From Planctomycetota bacterium (GTDB taxonomy: Bacteria > Planctomycetota > B15-G4), in assembly GCA_038212275.1 (NCBI GenBank), contig JBBQUR010000014.1:32001-96000 (forward strand): a stretch of DNA of 64,000 nucleotides. The letters are read 5' to 3'. Below the pieces are notes generated by a model. It ran no database searches. It had not been told where the DNA came from and saw only the letters and a list, made by a program, of their open reading frames with translations. The position numbers and the translations under genes are program-made. The stretch's first letter is position 1, and each line of letters begins with the position of its first letter. This document shows positions 1 through 8,646 of the stretch, piece after piece.

Positions 1-125
1 CGGACATCCTGCGCAAGCTCTCCGAGTCCTGCGACGCCTGGCGCCGCGCGACCACCGCAGTGATGCCGGAGGCCCTCGACTCGGCCACTGAGGAGCGCCT
101 GCGCGCCCTGGGCTACGTCCGCTGA
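1..125 (+). CDS. 3' end of a CDS truncated by the window edge; probably a sulfatase/alkaline-phosphatase-superfamily protein
   Basis: Frame from nt 3 reads DILRKLSESCDAWRRATTAVMPEALDSATEERLRALGYVR-TGA(123-125); the LD..TEERLRALGY tail is typical of sulfatase-like hydrolases. Confidence 0.55.
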   Translation, partial: DILRKLSESCDAWRRATTAVMPEALDSATEERLRALGYVR

Positions 126-158
126 TCGGCCGGGCGCCCCCGCACCCGTGCCTCGCCG

Positions 159-188
159 TTGCATGAGCGGGTCGCGGTTGGCCATACT
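159..188 (+). promoter_or_regulatory. candidate sigma70-type promoter for tRNA-Val
   Basis: TTGCAT(159-164)-N18-CATACT(183-188) just upstream of the tRNA. Confidence 0.4.
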
Positions 189-205
189 CTGCGGCTCGTT
201 TCGCC

Positions 206-281
206 GGGCGTGTAGCGCAGTTGGTAGCGCACCTGGATCACACCCAGGGGGTCACAGGTTCGAGTCCTGTCACGCCCACCA
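206..281 (+). tRNA. tRNA-Val(CAC)
   Basis: Acceptor GGGCGTG/CACGCCC, discriminator A, encoded CCA; anticodon arm CCTGG-ATCACAC-CCAGG; T-arm GGTTCGAGTCC. Confidence 0.95.
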
Positions 282-350
282 GCGCAGCGTTCCGCCGGCC
301 CGGCCGCTGCTCTGCCCGCCGCTCCGAGCCCGGTCACGACCCGGCGCAGC

Positions 351-479
351 TCACGGGATGACGAGTGACCTGATCGCCCCGAAGGTCAGCAGGCCGTTCG
401 CGTCGTGCGACGCGGCCTCGTCCACGATGCCGTGGAACATGGGATAAAACACGTCGCACGTCGACAGCCAGCTGACGAA
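351..479 (-). pseudogene. coding-like 42-codon segment in frame after the S8 peptidase stop (gene remnant or read-through extension)
   Basis: After TGA at 480-482 the same frame continues FVSWLSTCDVFYPMFHGIVDEAASHDANGLLTFGAIRSLVIP-TGA(351-353), with G/C at nearly all third positions. Confidence 0.45.
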
Positions 480-3020
480 TCAGCCCTGGCCCTGACTCGA
501 CGGCGCCCGTGACACCGCCGGCTTGAGTCTCCACGCGGCGCGGCCGACCGACGTTCCGCTGTAGCGTTGCACAAGGGCGACCTCGCACGACGCAGAGGCG
601 CGCTTCGGCAAGCGCACGTGCAGAGTCACCAGATGTCGCTCACCAGCAGCCAGGCGAGCGCATCCAAGACTCGTGACGCCGACGGGCGACACGCGGCCGC
701 GTCGCGATGTCCGCCGCGAGTCGACATCGAAGGCGCCCACCGGCAGGCTGAGGCGCGCGGCGAGCTTCTCCGGCAGCTCGATCTCGACCGTGGCGCCGAA
801 CGGCAGGTGGCTCTCGACCTGCAATTCCATGTCGGCGTCGTCGCCGCCGGGTGCGCCGGAGAACAGTGCCGAGAGCACTGTGCCTTCGAATTCGGGAACG
901 GCGAGCACATGAAAGTTGCGCCACGCCGCGTTGTTCTCGGTACGGATCCACGCGGCGAAGTGATCCACGTCGCTCAACTCTGCAGGAACGACGCCTCCGA
1001 CCACCGGGTTGAAGGTCGTGGGCGTGAACAGCTGGTCCGCCGGATGGGACACCGTCGCGATGAAGCAGTAGTGCCCGGTGGTGTCGGGAACCACCCAGCG
1101 TATCGGCCCGGCCACCGTGAGCACGTTGCCCTGTGGCACCGTCACCGTGGTGGAACCGATGAGTGTCCACGGCGGCAGGGTCAGCATGCTGGCTTTCGCA
1201 TACCACACGGTGACGGTGGCCGGGCGCATGTCATCGGCGCCGCGATTGCGAAGGCGCACGTAGAGCTCTGCCGGCCGGCCGCTCACCAGAGGGTCGCCGA
1301 GATCGTCGTCATTCTCCGTCCCGCTGCCTTGACCGAAGCGGGCGGCGGGCGTGGGAACGGCCGCCAGGGGCGGCGAGCACGCGATGATGTCGGGACTCTG
1401 CCACAGCCGCCCGGCATGCGCGCCCCCGCTGTCGCCGATGTTGTCGCGGATGTAGAGATCCGGGAGCAGGCCCATCGCCTCGGCGATGGCCTGCAGGTCC
1501 GGCATGACGCCGATGACGTCGCTGCCATCCGTCGCGAGCGGCGTGTTGATCCTCCGGTCACGCAGGAGTGCGCGCATCTGCATCGGGGGCAGGTATCCAA
1601 GCCCCATCGGATGGTTCCGCGCAAGTCCCTGCACGACGAGCGCCGCGCCCGCGATGATGGCCGCGGCCGCCGACGTGCCATTGAAGTTCGGCGTGTCGAA
1701 GTCGCTGAAGGGTTCATGCGCGCCGGTACAGGCCGCGGCATACACGTGGTCTCCCGGGCCGAAGCAGTCGATCCGCTTGCCACGGATGCCGTTCGAGAAG
1801 GCGCAGTGACCCACGCCATCCTTCCACAATGAACGGCCGACGAGAATCGCGCCGGAGTCGAACGGCATCAGGTCCACCGGATCCTGCAGATCCAGACCGA
1901 CGTCCGCGTCCGGAAAAACGCCCCCATTGCCGGCGGCCTCGACCACCACGATGTGATGCGCCACGGCGAACTCGATGAGCAGGAAGATCCAGGGATTCGC
2001 CTCACACGGCACTGTGATGCTCTTGGTGACCCACGGCTGGAGGAAGTCGGCGCCATAGACCTCCACCTCGAGCAGCAGCACGGCTCCTGGTGGGCCATTC
2101 AGCAGTTCGAGGATCGCCAGCCAGATCGCGACCTCCGTGTCCTTGTCCGCGTCAGTGGTACCGCCCCTGTACTCCGAGGAGAGAATGATCTGCGGCACGA
2201 GCGGTGCGACGCCGAGGCCGTAGTCGTCGTTCTGCCGGCCGATGGCGATCCCCAGCACCGAGGTGCCGTGTGCTGCCCAATCGCCGCTGTGGTCCCCGCC
2301 GGGAATCAGGCTCAGGCACGCTGCGGCCGCAGGAGCGGGAAGCGCCAACGCCGCCTCCGCGGCGAGTTCGCCGCTTGTCTTGAAGTCGAAATGCGCCATG
2401 TGCCAGCCCTGCTCGACATCGGCGAGGAGTTCGGACTGGCCGCGGCCGCCCGCCTTGTCCCACACGGCGTTCGCGTTCATTCCCACCGGGGCCGCATTCA
2501 GGTGAAGCTGATCGCGCTCCCTGCCAGGCCGATGGCTTCCGGCACCGACCACCTTCGACATCCCGTCGACGATCGGCGGCGGCATGAGCCTGGTCTCGAT
2601 CGTGACTCGCACGATGGGGAGATGCTCCAGCATGAGTGCGCGCAGCTCGGCCGCCAGCGCGTCGCCCCGCTCGTGCGGAGCCAGCGGCCCCCACGAGTCC
2701 ATGGGAGGCAGCACCACGCGGAACAGCGAGAGGAGCGGGGCCCTTGCGTACCGAGGTGTACGGCGCTCCGCTTCCTCCAGCAGTGCATCGATGTGCGAGG
2801 CAGCCGTGGGCAGCAGCGGCTTCAGACGAAGGCCCGGGAAACGAAGTTCCAGCGGCGACCAGCGCGTGTCGCGATGCTGCTTGACCTGTTCCGTCGCGCC
2901 GTCATCCCAGCGAGGCACGGCGTCGGCTCGAAACTGCACCGTGACGAGAGGCAGCGCACGGAGCTTCGGCGCCTCGTCGCGAACATCCGAAGCTGGATCC
3001 TCCCGGCTCGCTGGACTCAT
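480..3020 (-). CDS. S8 family (subtilisin-like) serine peptidase with C-terminal CARDB/Ig-like domain
   Basis: Triad motifs ADVEQGW (Asp), AHGTSVLG (His), NGTSAAAA (Ser), oxyanion AAGNG; C-terminal DLYIRDN..D.G...WQSPDI/YVRLRNRG/GHYCF domain; GGAGG RBS before ATG. Confidence 0.88.
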   Translation of the reverse strand: MSPASREDPASDVRDEAPKLRALPLVTVQFRADAVPRWDDGATEQVKQHRDTRWSPLELRFPGLRLKPLLPTAASHIDALLEEAERRTPRYARAPLLSLFRVVLPPMDSWGPLAPHERGDALAAELRALMLEHLPIVRVTIETRLMPPPIVDGMSKVVGAGSHRPGRERDQLHLNAAPVGMNANAVWDKAGGRGQSELLADVEQGWHMAHFDFKTSGELAAEAALALPAPAAAACLSLIPGGDHSGDWAAHGTSVLGIAIGRQNDDYGLGVAPLVPQIILSSEYRGGTTDADKDTEVAIWLAILELLNGPPGAVLLLEVEVYGADFLQPWVTKSITVPCEANPWIFLLIEFAVAHHIVVVEAAGNGGVFPDADVGLDLQDPVDLMPFDSGAILVGRSLWKDGVGHCAFSNGIRGKRIDCFGPGDHVYAAACTGAHEPFSDFDTPNFNGTSAAAAIIAGAALVVQGLARNHPMGLGYLPPMQMRALLRDRRINTPLATDGSDVIGVMPDLQAIAEAMGLLPDLYIRDNIGDSGGAHAGRLWQSPDIIACSPPLAAVPTPAARFGQGSGTENDDDLGDPLVSGRPAELYVRLRNRGADDMRPATVTVWYAKASMLTLPPWTLIGSTTVTVPQGNVLTVAGPIRWVVPDTTGHYCFIATVSHPADQLFTPTTFNPVVGGVVPAELSDVDHFAAWIRTENNAAWRNFHVLAVPEFEGTVLSALFSGAPGGDDADMELQVESHLPFGATVEIELPEKLAARLSLPVGAFDVDSRRTSRRGRVSPVGVTSLGCARLAAGERHLVTLHVRLPKRASASCEVALVQRYSGTSVGRAAWRLKPAVSRAPSSQGQG

Positions 3021-3138
3021 GTGGCCTCCCCGTCGGGCTCATTGCCATCCGACGGCGGCCTAGCCTATCCTCACCCCCGTCGAGGGTAAAGAAGACCTGC
3101 CACCGGTTCAGGCAGCTGCCTGGACTCCAGGAGAAGCA

Positions 3139-3648
3139 TTGATGCGCTGCCCGAAGGTTGTCCTCTTGCTCTGCACGCTGATCCTCTTTCTTCAGGCCTG
3201 CTGCTGCATGGACTGCGAGTCGTGCCATTCGAGAAGCAAGGCGTGCGCCGTACATCCCGAACCGCCGTTTGTGATTCCGAGTCATCCGCCCGGATCGGGA
3301 CTGGTCTGGGGCACGGTCGACTTCGTCGGCTCGAGTCAGGTCCTGCTCAAGTTTCAGGTCGAGGACGTGGGCGTCAGCGACAAGACGGCGCAGATCACGG
3401 CCTGGGCCGGGAACGGCGATTACGCACCGACGAGCGTTCCGACCGGCACGCCCTTCTATGACAGCGTGACCGAAGTGCCGCTGCGCACCTGGACCTCTCA
3501 CATCGAGCGCAACACCGACAACACCGGCTACTGGGTCTGGGTGAGAGTCGACTACAAGGACGGCACCTCTTCGTCCATTCAGGACAGGCGCCTGTGGTGG
3601 GACCCGGCCAACACGACATCACCGGACACCGTGCACGAATTGCTCTAG
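3139..3648 (+). CDS. hypothetical exported lipoprotein, Cys-rich N-terminus with CxxCH, beta-rich body
   Basis: AGGAG RBS; hydrophobic signal with lipobox LQAC; CCCMDCESCH; fills the gap between S8 and CHAT genes (ATG start may be 3142). Confidence 0.7.
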   Translation: MMRCPKVVLLLCTLILFLQACCCMDCESCHSRSKACAVHPEPPFVIPSHPPGSGLVWGTVDFVGSSQVLLKFQVEDVGVSDKTAQITAWAGNGDYAPTSVPTGTPFYDSVTEVPLRTWTSHIERNTDNTGYWVWVRVDYKDGTSSSIQDRRLWWDPANTTSPDTVHELL

Positions 3649-3691
3649 GACAGCCGACGGACGCCGACGGGCCGTCACCAGGCCGGCGTGC

Positions 3692-6600
3692 TCACCTGCC
3701 TGCCTCGTGGTGCTCACCTTCCGGTGCCGCACCGCTGTACACGAAGGCCGCCCAGTAATACGGATTGCCGAACTCCTGGTCCGGCCGTTCGGCGGTCAGC
3801 GGCTCTCCTCGCGAGGCGGTGCCCGCACGCAGGGCCTGCTTGGCATGGCGCAACGCGCGGCCGGGCGAAGCTCCCTCGACCACGAAGGCGGTCGTGAAGC
3901 TCTCCATGAGCGCTTCCGCCTCCGCGTCCTGCACCTTCCACAGCGTGGCAATGACTCCGCGTGCTCCGGCCGTGAGGAAGGCATTCGCCATGGACTGCAC
4001 GCCCTCCCCGTTCAGCAGCGGTCCGTCCGCCGTGCGACACGCCGAGAGCACGACGAGGTCGGCATCGAGCTTCAGCCCCGCGATGTCCGCGAGGCTGAAC
4101 AAGCCCTGACCTGCTGCGTCCCAGGCCAGCACGAGTCCGCTGCGGTGCGCATCCCAGCGATCGATGTGCGCGTGCGCGGCAATGTGAATGAGGCGCGCTG
4201 ACGGCGCCAGGCTGGCCAGTGCCGAGACCGAGGCCTCGCGCCCCAGGCGCAACTCGAACGACTGCGTCGAGAGCGACACGTCACGAGTCGTCTCGAGCTG
4301 CGACAACTCATAGAGATCGTCCTTGACTCGTTCGTCGTGGCGCTGCGTCAGCAGCAGCCGCGCGATGCGGGCCAGTTCGTCCCGCGTCTTCGGCACTCGC
4401 GGCCAGCGCGTCACCGTGTCGCCGCGCGCCGCAAGCAGGACGGGCGAGACCTCGGCAGCGTACGTCGGGTCACCCAGCAACAGCGCGCCGCGCGCAAGGG
4501 TCGCGCTCCTTGGCGCCGCCAACGCGACGAGCGCCGCGGACGAGGGCGCGTAGCTCACATCCATCCTGTCGAGGACAAAGTCGATCTGGTCGAATCGCGT
4601 CGCCCCTTCGGGCGCCGAAACGACCAGCGCCTCGAAAGGCAGGCGCGCCAATTCGCCGTCGGGCACGATGACGACGCTGTCGCGCGCCAGCCCCAGCGGC
4701 GCCAGCAGGCGTTGATGCAGCTGACGGCCGAGGCCTATCACTTCCGAGGCGTCGGGCAGACTCCCCTTCTCGTTGCCGATGTCGTCCGCGTAGGCCTGCA
4801 CGAGCTCCTCGATGGGCCGGCGCGCACCGAGGTCGACGAGCCGCAGCTCCGCGCCCTGCAGGACAAAGGCGTAGAGGCGCGCGTCGCCCGCGACGTATTC
4901 GACGAGGGCGCTGTCGCCCAGCAGCGACGTGAGCCGCGGCACCAGATCCGTCGGCACCCCGGAGGGAGCGCCCGCCGCGCCGTCCAGCGCCGCCAGCAGC
5001 GTGTGCGACTTCCACTGCGCCACGCGACGCAGCCCTTCCGCGACGGAGGCCGGGTCGTGCCCGGCGCGCCGCGCGGCCAGGTCCGCCGCCACGCTGCCCC
5101 AGTCGTTCCGCTCGGAGCGGCGTGATCGCACCTGCGCCGCTTCGAGGCTCGAAAGCGCCGAGATCTCCTCACGCGCGGACTCTTTCCATGCGCGATCGAG
5201 CAGCTCGGCCACCTTCGCCTCATCACCCGCCAGCAACGCGGCGCGGGCGACGCCGTGCAGCGCGGGGAGCAGGAGGTCGCCTGCGTCCTGCGCCATCAGC
5301 CCGGCCACCGAAGCGTCGGCCTGGGAGCGAGCCGTGTCGAGCGAGCCGAGCCGGCAGTTCACCTCGCTGGCCGTCATGAGACTGACCGCGCGCAGGTACG
5401 GGTCGTCCAGCCGCTCGGCAAGCGAAAGCGCCTCCACGCTCAGCGGTGCCGCCTGCGGCGTCAACTCCCTGTCGAGCAGCAGGGCGGCCTTGCCGTTGAG
5501 CGCGAGCCAGCGCGCCCTGCTCGTCTCCGCGGCCGCCGACAACGACTCGTCGTAGAGCTGCATCGCACGGTCCCCGTCGTCCTGCAGCTCGGAGAGCAGC
5601 GCGAGGTTGGTGAGAAGCGTCGAGCGCTCGTCAGCGCTCTTGACGCTCGCGAGCAGTTGCTCGACGCACTCGCGCGCGGCGCCGAACTCGCCCAGGCTGA
5701 AGGCAAGCGTCGACCGGGCCTGCAGGAGCGTGCTGTCGTATGCCGACGGCATGTGGGGCGCCGCCAAGGCCTGTGTGCGGTCCATGAGGCCGAGCGCAGT
5801 GCCGTAGTGCCCGCGCAGCAGCTCCACGAGCGCGAGCTGACCGAGCGCCTCCACCTGCTGGGTCCACACCGTCGCACCGGCCGCGGCCAGCTGGAGCAGC
5901 TGGGCGGCCCTCGCGAAGTCCGCGCGCGACTGATACCAGCGGCCGGCCTCGAATCGAACGGCTGTCGCGTAGTACGCCTGGCAGTGCTCGTCCAGCGCGG
6001 CCAGCGCCTCCTCGTGCAGGCGACGCGCGCCGTCGTGGTCGCGCCGTCCGGCAGCGGCTTGCGCCATGCGGCTGGTGGCCAACGCCTTCACCCCCGCATC
6101 GACCGCCGCCGCGCGCTCTCGATCGAAGCACTGCTGCGCGTCGTTCCAGTCGCCCAGCGCGAGCGCGACCTGACCGAGGTAGTCTTCCAGCGAGGCAAGC
6201 AATGTCAGCTGACCGGAGGCCACCACCGCCTCGCGCGAACCGATCAGGAGATTGCGCGCCTGCTGCAGGTCTCCGCCCTCGCGGAACACCAGACTGCCCA
6301 TCATCATGCGCGCCATGCCGTGATGCATCGACAAGCCGGGCCTCGCGCGGCATGCCAGCAGCGCCGTGCGCGCGTCCGGCAGCTCGGCGGCATCCAGATG
6401 GCGGATCCCGCGATTCAGGAAGTCGGCCGCCGACGCGAGCTCCACGCTTCCAGCAAGCGCTGTCACATCGCCGGGTCCGTCCGGCAGCTCCAGCATGTGT
6501 GCGCCCGGCGCGAGCTCGGCGATCAGCCAGCCGGCATCATTCCGCTCGCCGTCGAGGATGAGCGCGCCGTCCGAACGCGCCAGCGTGTAGGTGCCGGCTT

Positions 6601-6712
6601 CCGCGATCTCCAGCCACGCTCCGTCGACACCCTCGAGCCGCTGACCAGGAGCCAGCCGCGGGTCCTCCCCCGCCTGAAGAAGCAGCGAGCATGCAAGCAC
6701 GAAGGTCAGCAT
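3692..6712 (-). CDS. TPR-repeat CHAT domain (caspase-like, clan CD) protein with N-terminal signal peptide
   Basis: Helical TPR-like repeats then CHAT motifs LVEY, IVPDGELARLPFEAL, LIHIAAH (His), LVVLSAC (Cys), ATLWKV, NPYYWAAF. Confidence 0.9.
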   Translation of the reverse strand: MLTFVLACSLLLQAGEDPRLAPGQRLEGVDGAWLEIAEAGTYTLARSDGALILDGERNDAGWLIAELAPGAHMLELPDGPGDVTALAGSVELASAADFLNRGIRHLDAAELPDARTALLACRARPGLSMHHGMARMMMGSLVFREGGDLQQARNLLIGSREAVVASGQLTLLASLEDYLGQVALALGDWNDAQQCFDRERAAAVDAGVKALATSRMAQAAAGRRDHDGARRLHEEALAALDEHCQAYYATAVRFEAGRWYQSRADFARAAQLLQLAAAGATVWTQQVEALGQLALVELLRGHYGTALGLMDRTQALAAPHMPSAYDSTLLQARSTLAFSLGEFGAARECVEQLLASVKSADERSTLLTNLALLSELQDDGDRAMQLYDESLSAAAETSRARWLALNGKAALLLDRELTPQAAPLSVEALSLAERLDDPYLRAVSLMTASEVNCRLGSLDTARSQADASVAGLMAQDAGDLLLPALHGVARAALLAGDEAKVAELLDRAWKESAREEISALSSLEAAQVRSRRSERNDWGSVAADLAARRAGHDPASVAEGLRRVAQWKSHTLLAALDGAAGAPSGVPTDLVPRLTSLLGDSALVEYVAGDARLYAFVLQGAELRLVDLGARRPIEELVQAYADDIGNEKGSLPDASEVIGLGRQLHQRLLAPLGLARDSVVIVPDGELARLPFEALVVSAPEGATRFDQIDFVLDRMDVSYAPSSAALVALAAPRSATLARGALLLGDPTYAAEVSPVLLAARGDTVTRWPRVPKTRDELARIARLLLTQRHDERVKDDLYELSQLETTRDVSLSTQSFELRLGREASVSALASLAPSARLIHIAAHAHIDRWDAHRSGLVLAWDAAGQGLFSLADIAGLKLDADLVVLSACRTADGPLLNGEGVQSMANAFLTAGARGVIATLWKVQDAEAEALMESFTTAFVVEGASPGRALRHAKQALRAGTASRGEPLTAERPDQEFGNPYYWAAFVYSGAAPEGEHHEAGR

Positions 6713-6790
6713 CGTTCGGATCCAGGCGGCAGCCCGATGCTTCCAAGCGGTATTTCAAGCCGGATCGAAGCCACACCTCGTCCACGGCCC

Positions 6791-6850
6791 TTCCGCGCAC
6801 CGTCCGCGCACGTTCCGCGCCAATGCGCGCGGGTGCGCGCGGGTGCGCGC
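6791..6850. repeat. short GC-rich direct plus partly inverted repeats (possible hairpin)
   Basis: 3x TCCGCGC(AC) followed by 3x TGCGCGC(GG). Confidence 0.5.
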
Positions 6851-6878
6851 CGAGAAGCGCCAGTGCGGGCCGGCACGC

Positions 6879-8540
6879 CTACCGCGCCGCCGCGTGCACA
6901 GGCTGCTGGTGAAGCGCGTCGTCGAGAAAGGCGAGGAAGTCTCGCTTGAAGGCGATCCGCGACGCTTCATGGATGTAGAGCATGTGTCCGGACTCGTAAT
7001 ACGTGAAGTGCAGATTGTCGCGCACGGACGGATCGAGGTTCATCGCGGCCACGGCGTTTTCCGCGGCGAAGAAGGGCGTGGCCACGTCGTAGTAGCTGGC
7101 CGTGACCCAGACCTTCAGATACGGATTCCGCGTCATCGCGCGCCGCAGGTCCTCGGCCGTGTTGGGAAAGCCGCCCGCCGCATCTCCGAAGTTCCACGGC
7201 CCGACGTCGGTCAGCGTCTCGTAGGGAATGTCGGTCTCGAACTTCAGCTCGCGGCGCACGTAGTCGTTGAAGGCCGCGGTGAGCGGGCCAGCCACGGCCT
7301 CCGAGCTGGGGTCGTACTCGCCGCGATCGGTGCCGGGCTCGTAGCGCAGTCCGGTGAAACGCGAGTCGAGCCGGCCGACGATCCTGTCCTCGCCTCCCAG
7401 CAGCTGCGTGAAGAAACTGGAGTCGGGCACGCGGAGCTTCCGCTGCAGGCAATACGCCGCGGGCAGGCCCGTCAGCCGCGACATCTCGGCCGCGATGCGT
7501 TCGCGCTCCGCGGCAGGAAGCGCATCGCCGCGGGCCAGCGCCAGCGCGTAATCGCCGCCGGCGAAGCTCCGCGCCAGAGCGGACACGTCCTCCACGCTCT
7601 GCGCCTGCAGCTCCTCGGGCAGTTTGTGGTGATACCAGGCCGTCGCCGTGTAGGCCGGCAGGAAGCCGATGTATGGGTCGTTGTTCTGCGGCGTGAACTC
7701 GAGCGTCTGGAACGACAACACGGACGACACGAGCACGATGCCGTTGAGGTACAGACCGTAGCGATCCTGAAGATAGTCTGACAGGCCGGCGGCGCGCGTC
7801 GTGCCGTAGCTCTCACCCAGCACGAACTTCGGCGACAACCAGCGTGCGTTGCGCGACGTGTAGAGCCGGATGAAGTCGCCCATGCTCGCGATGTCCTCTT
7901 TCAGCCCGTGGAACTGCGTCGGGCTCTCCTTCGGCATCGCGCGGCTGTAGCCGGTGGAGACGGGATCGATGAAGACCATGTCCGTCGCGTCGAGCCACGT
8001 GGATTCGTTGTCCACGAGCTGGTAAGGCGGCGGCGGCGCCTCGCCGTCGGGCGTGAGCGCCGCGCGCCGTGGCGCCATGCCCGCCATGTGCAACCAGATC
8101 GAGGCCGAGCCGGGCCCGCCGTTGAAGCAGAAGGTCAGCGGACGCGTGCCTGGATCCGCCACGTCATCCAGCGTGTAGGCGACGAAGAAGATCCGTGCCT
8201 TGGGCGTGAGGCCGTCCTTCGGAGCCTTGGCTTCGTCTTTGCCTGCGTCGACACCGGCAGCGGATGCTGCAGGCGGCACGCTCGCACCGGGAGCAGGCTT
8301 GCCTTCTTCCTCCATGAGCAGCAGGTAGCCCGTCGTCGCGTGATACTTCAGGGTCCTGCCTCCCATCGTGATCGTGTGGGCGGTGACGACCGGGGCCGGC
8401 TCGTCGTCAGCCTTGCTGTCGGTCGTGCCCGGGACCAGGGCCTCGGACTGCGGTGCGGCCCGCAGCGTGTCGCACGAGGCGAGGACGAGCAGCAGGGCGA
8501 GCGGCGAAACGAAGTGCGTGATGGTCGAGTGCTTTGTCAT
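6879..8540 (-). CDS. peptidase S10 family serine carboxypeptidase (lipoprotein)
   Basis: FNGGPG, FIDPVSTGYS, GESYG nucleophile, C-terminal YESGHM; lipobox LASC; start placed at ATG 8540 (MTKHS). Confidence 0.92.
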   Translation of the reverse strand: MTKHSTITHFVSPLALLLVLASCDTLRAAPQSEALVPGTTDSKADDEPAPVVTAHTITMGGRTLKYHATTGYLLLMEEEGKPAPGASVPPAASAAGVDAGKDEAKAPKDGLTPKARIFFVAYTLDDVADPGTRPLTFCFNGGPGSASIWLHMAGMAPRRAALTPDGEAPPPPYQLVDNESTWLDATDMVFIDPVSTGYSRAMPKESPTQFHGLKEDIASMGDFIRLYTSRNARWLSPKFVLGESYGTTRAAGLSDYLQDRYGLYLNGIVLVSSVLSFQTLEFTPQNNDPYIGFLPAYTATAWYHHKLPEELQAQSVEDVSALARSFAGGDYALALARGDALPAAERERIAAEMSRLTGLPAAYCLQRKLRVPDSSFFTQLLGGEDRIVGRLDSRFTGLRYEPGTDRGEYDPSSEAVAGPLTAAFNDYVRRELKFETDIPYETLTDVGPWNFGDAAGGFPNTAEDLRRAMTRNPYLKVWVTASYYDVATPFFAAENAVAAMNLDPSVRDNLHFTYYESGHMLYIHEASRIAFKRDFLAFLDDALHQQPVHAAAR

Positions 8541-8646
8541 GGCAGGAGAATAGGACCTGCGTCGCGAAACTGCATCTCGGCGCGGCACGCTCGAGACCGG
8601 GCACTCCCGGCGCTAGCGTGCGGACCTCTCTCGATGGGCCGCCCGC

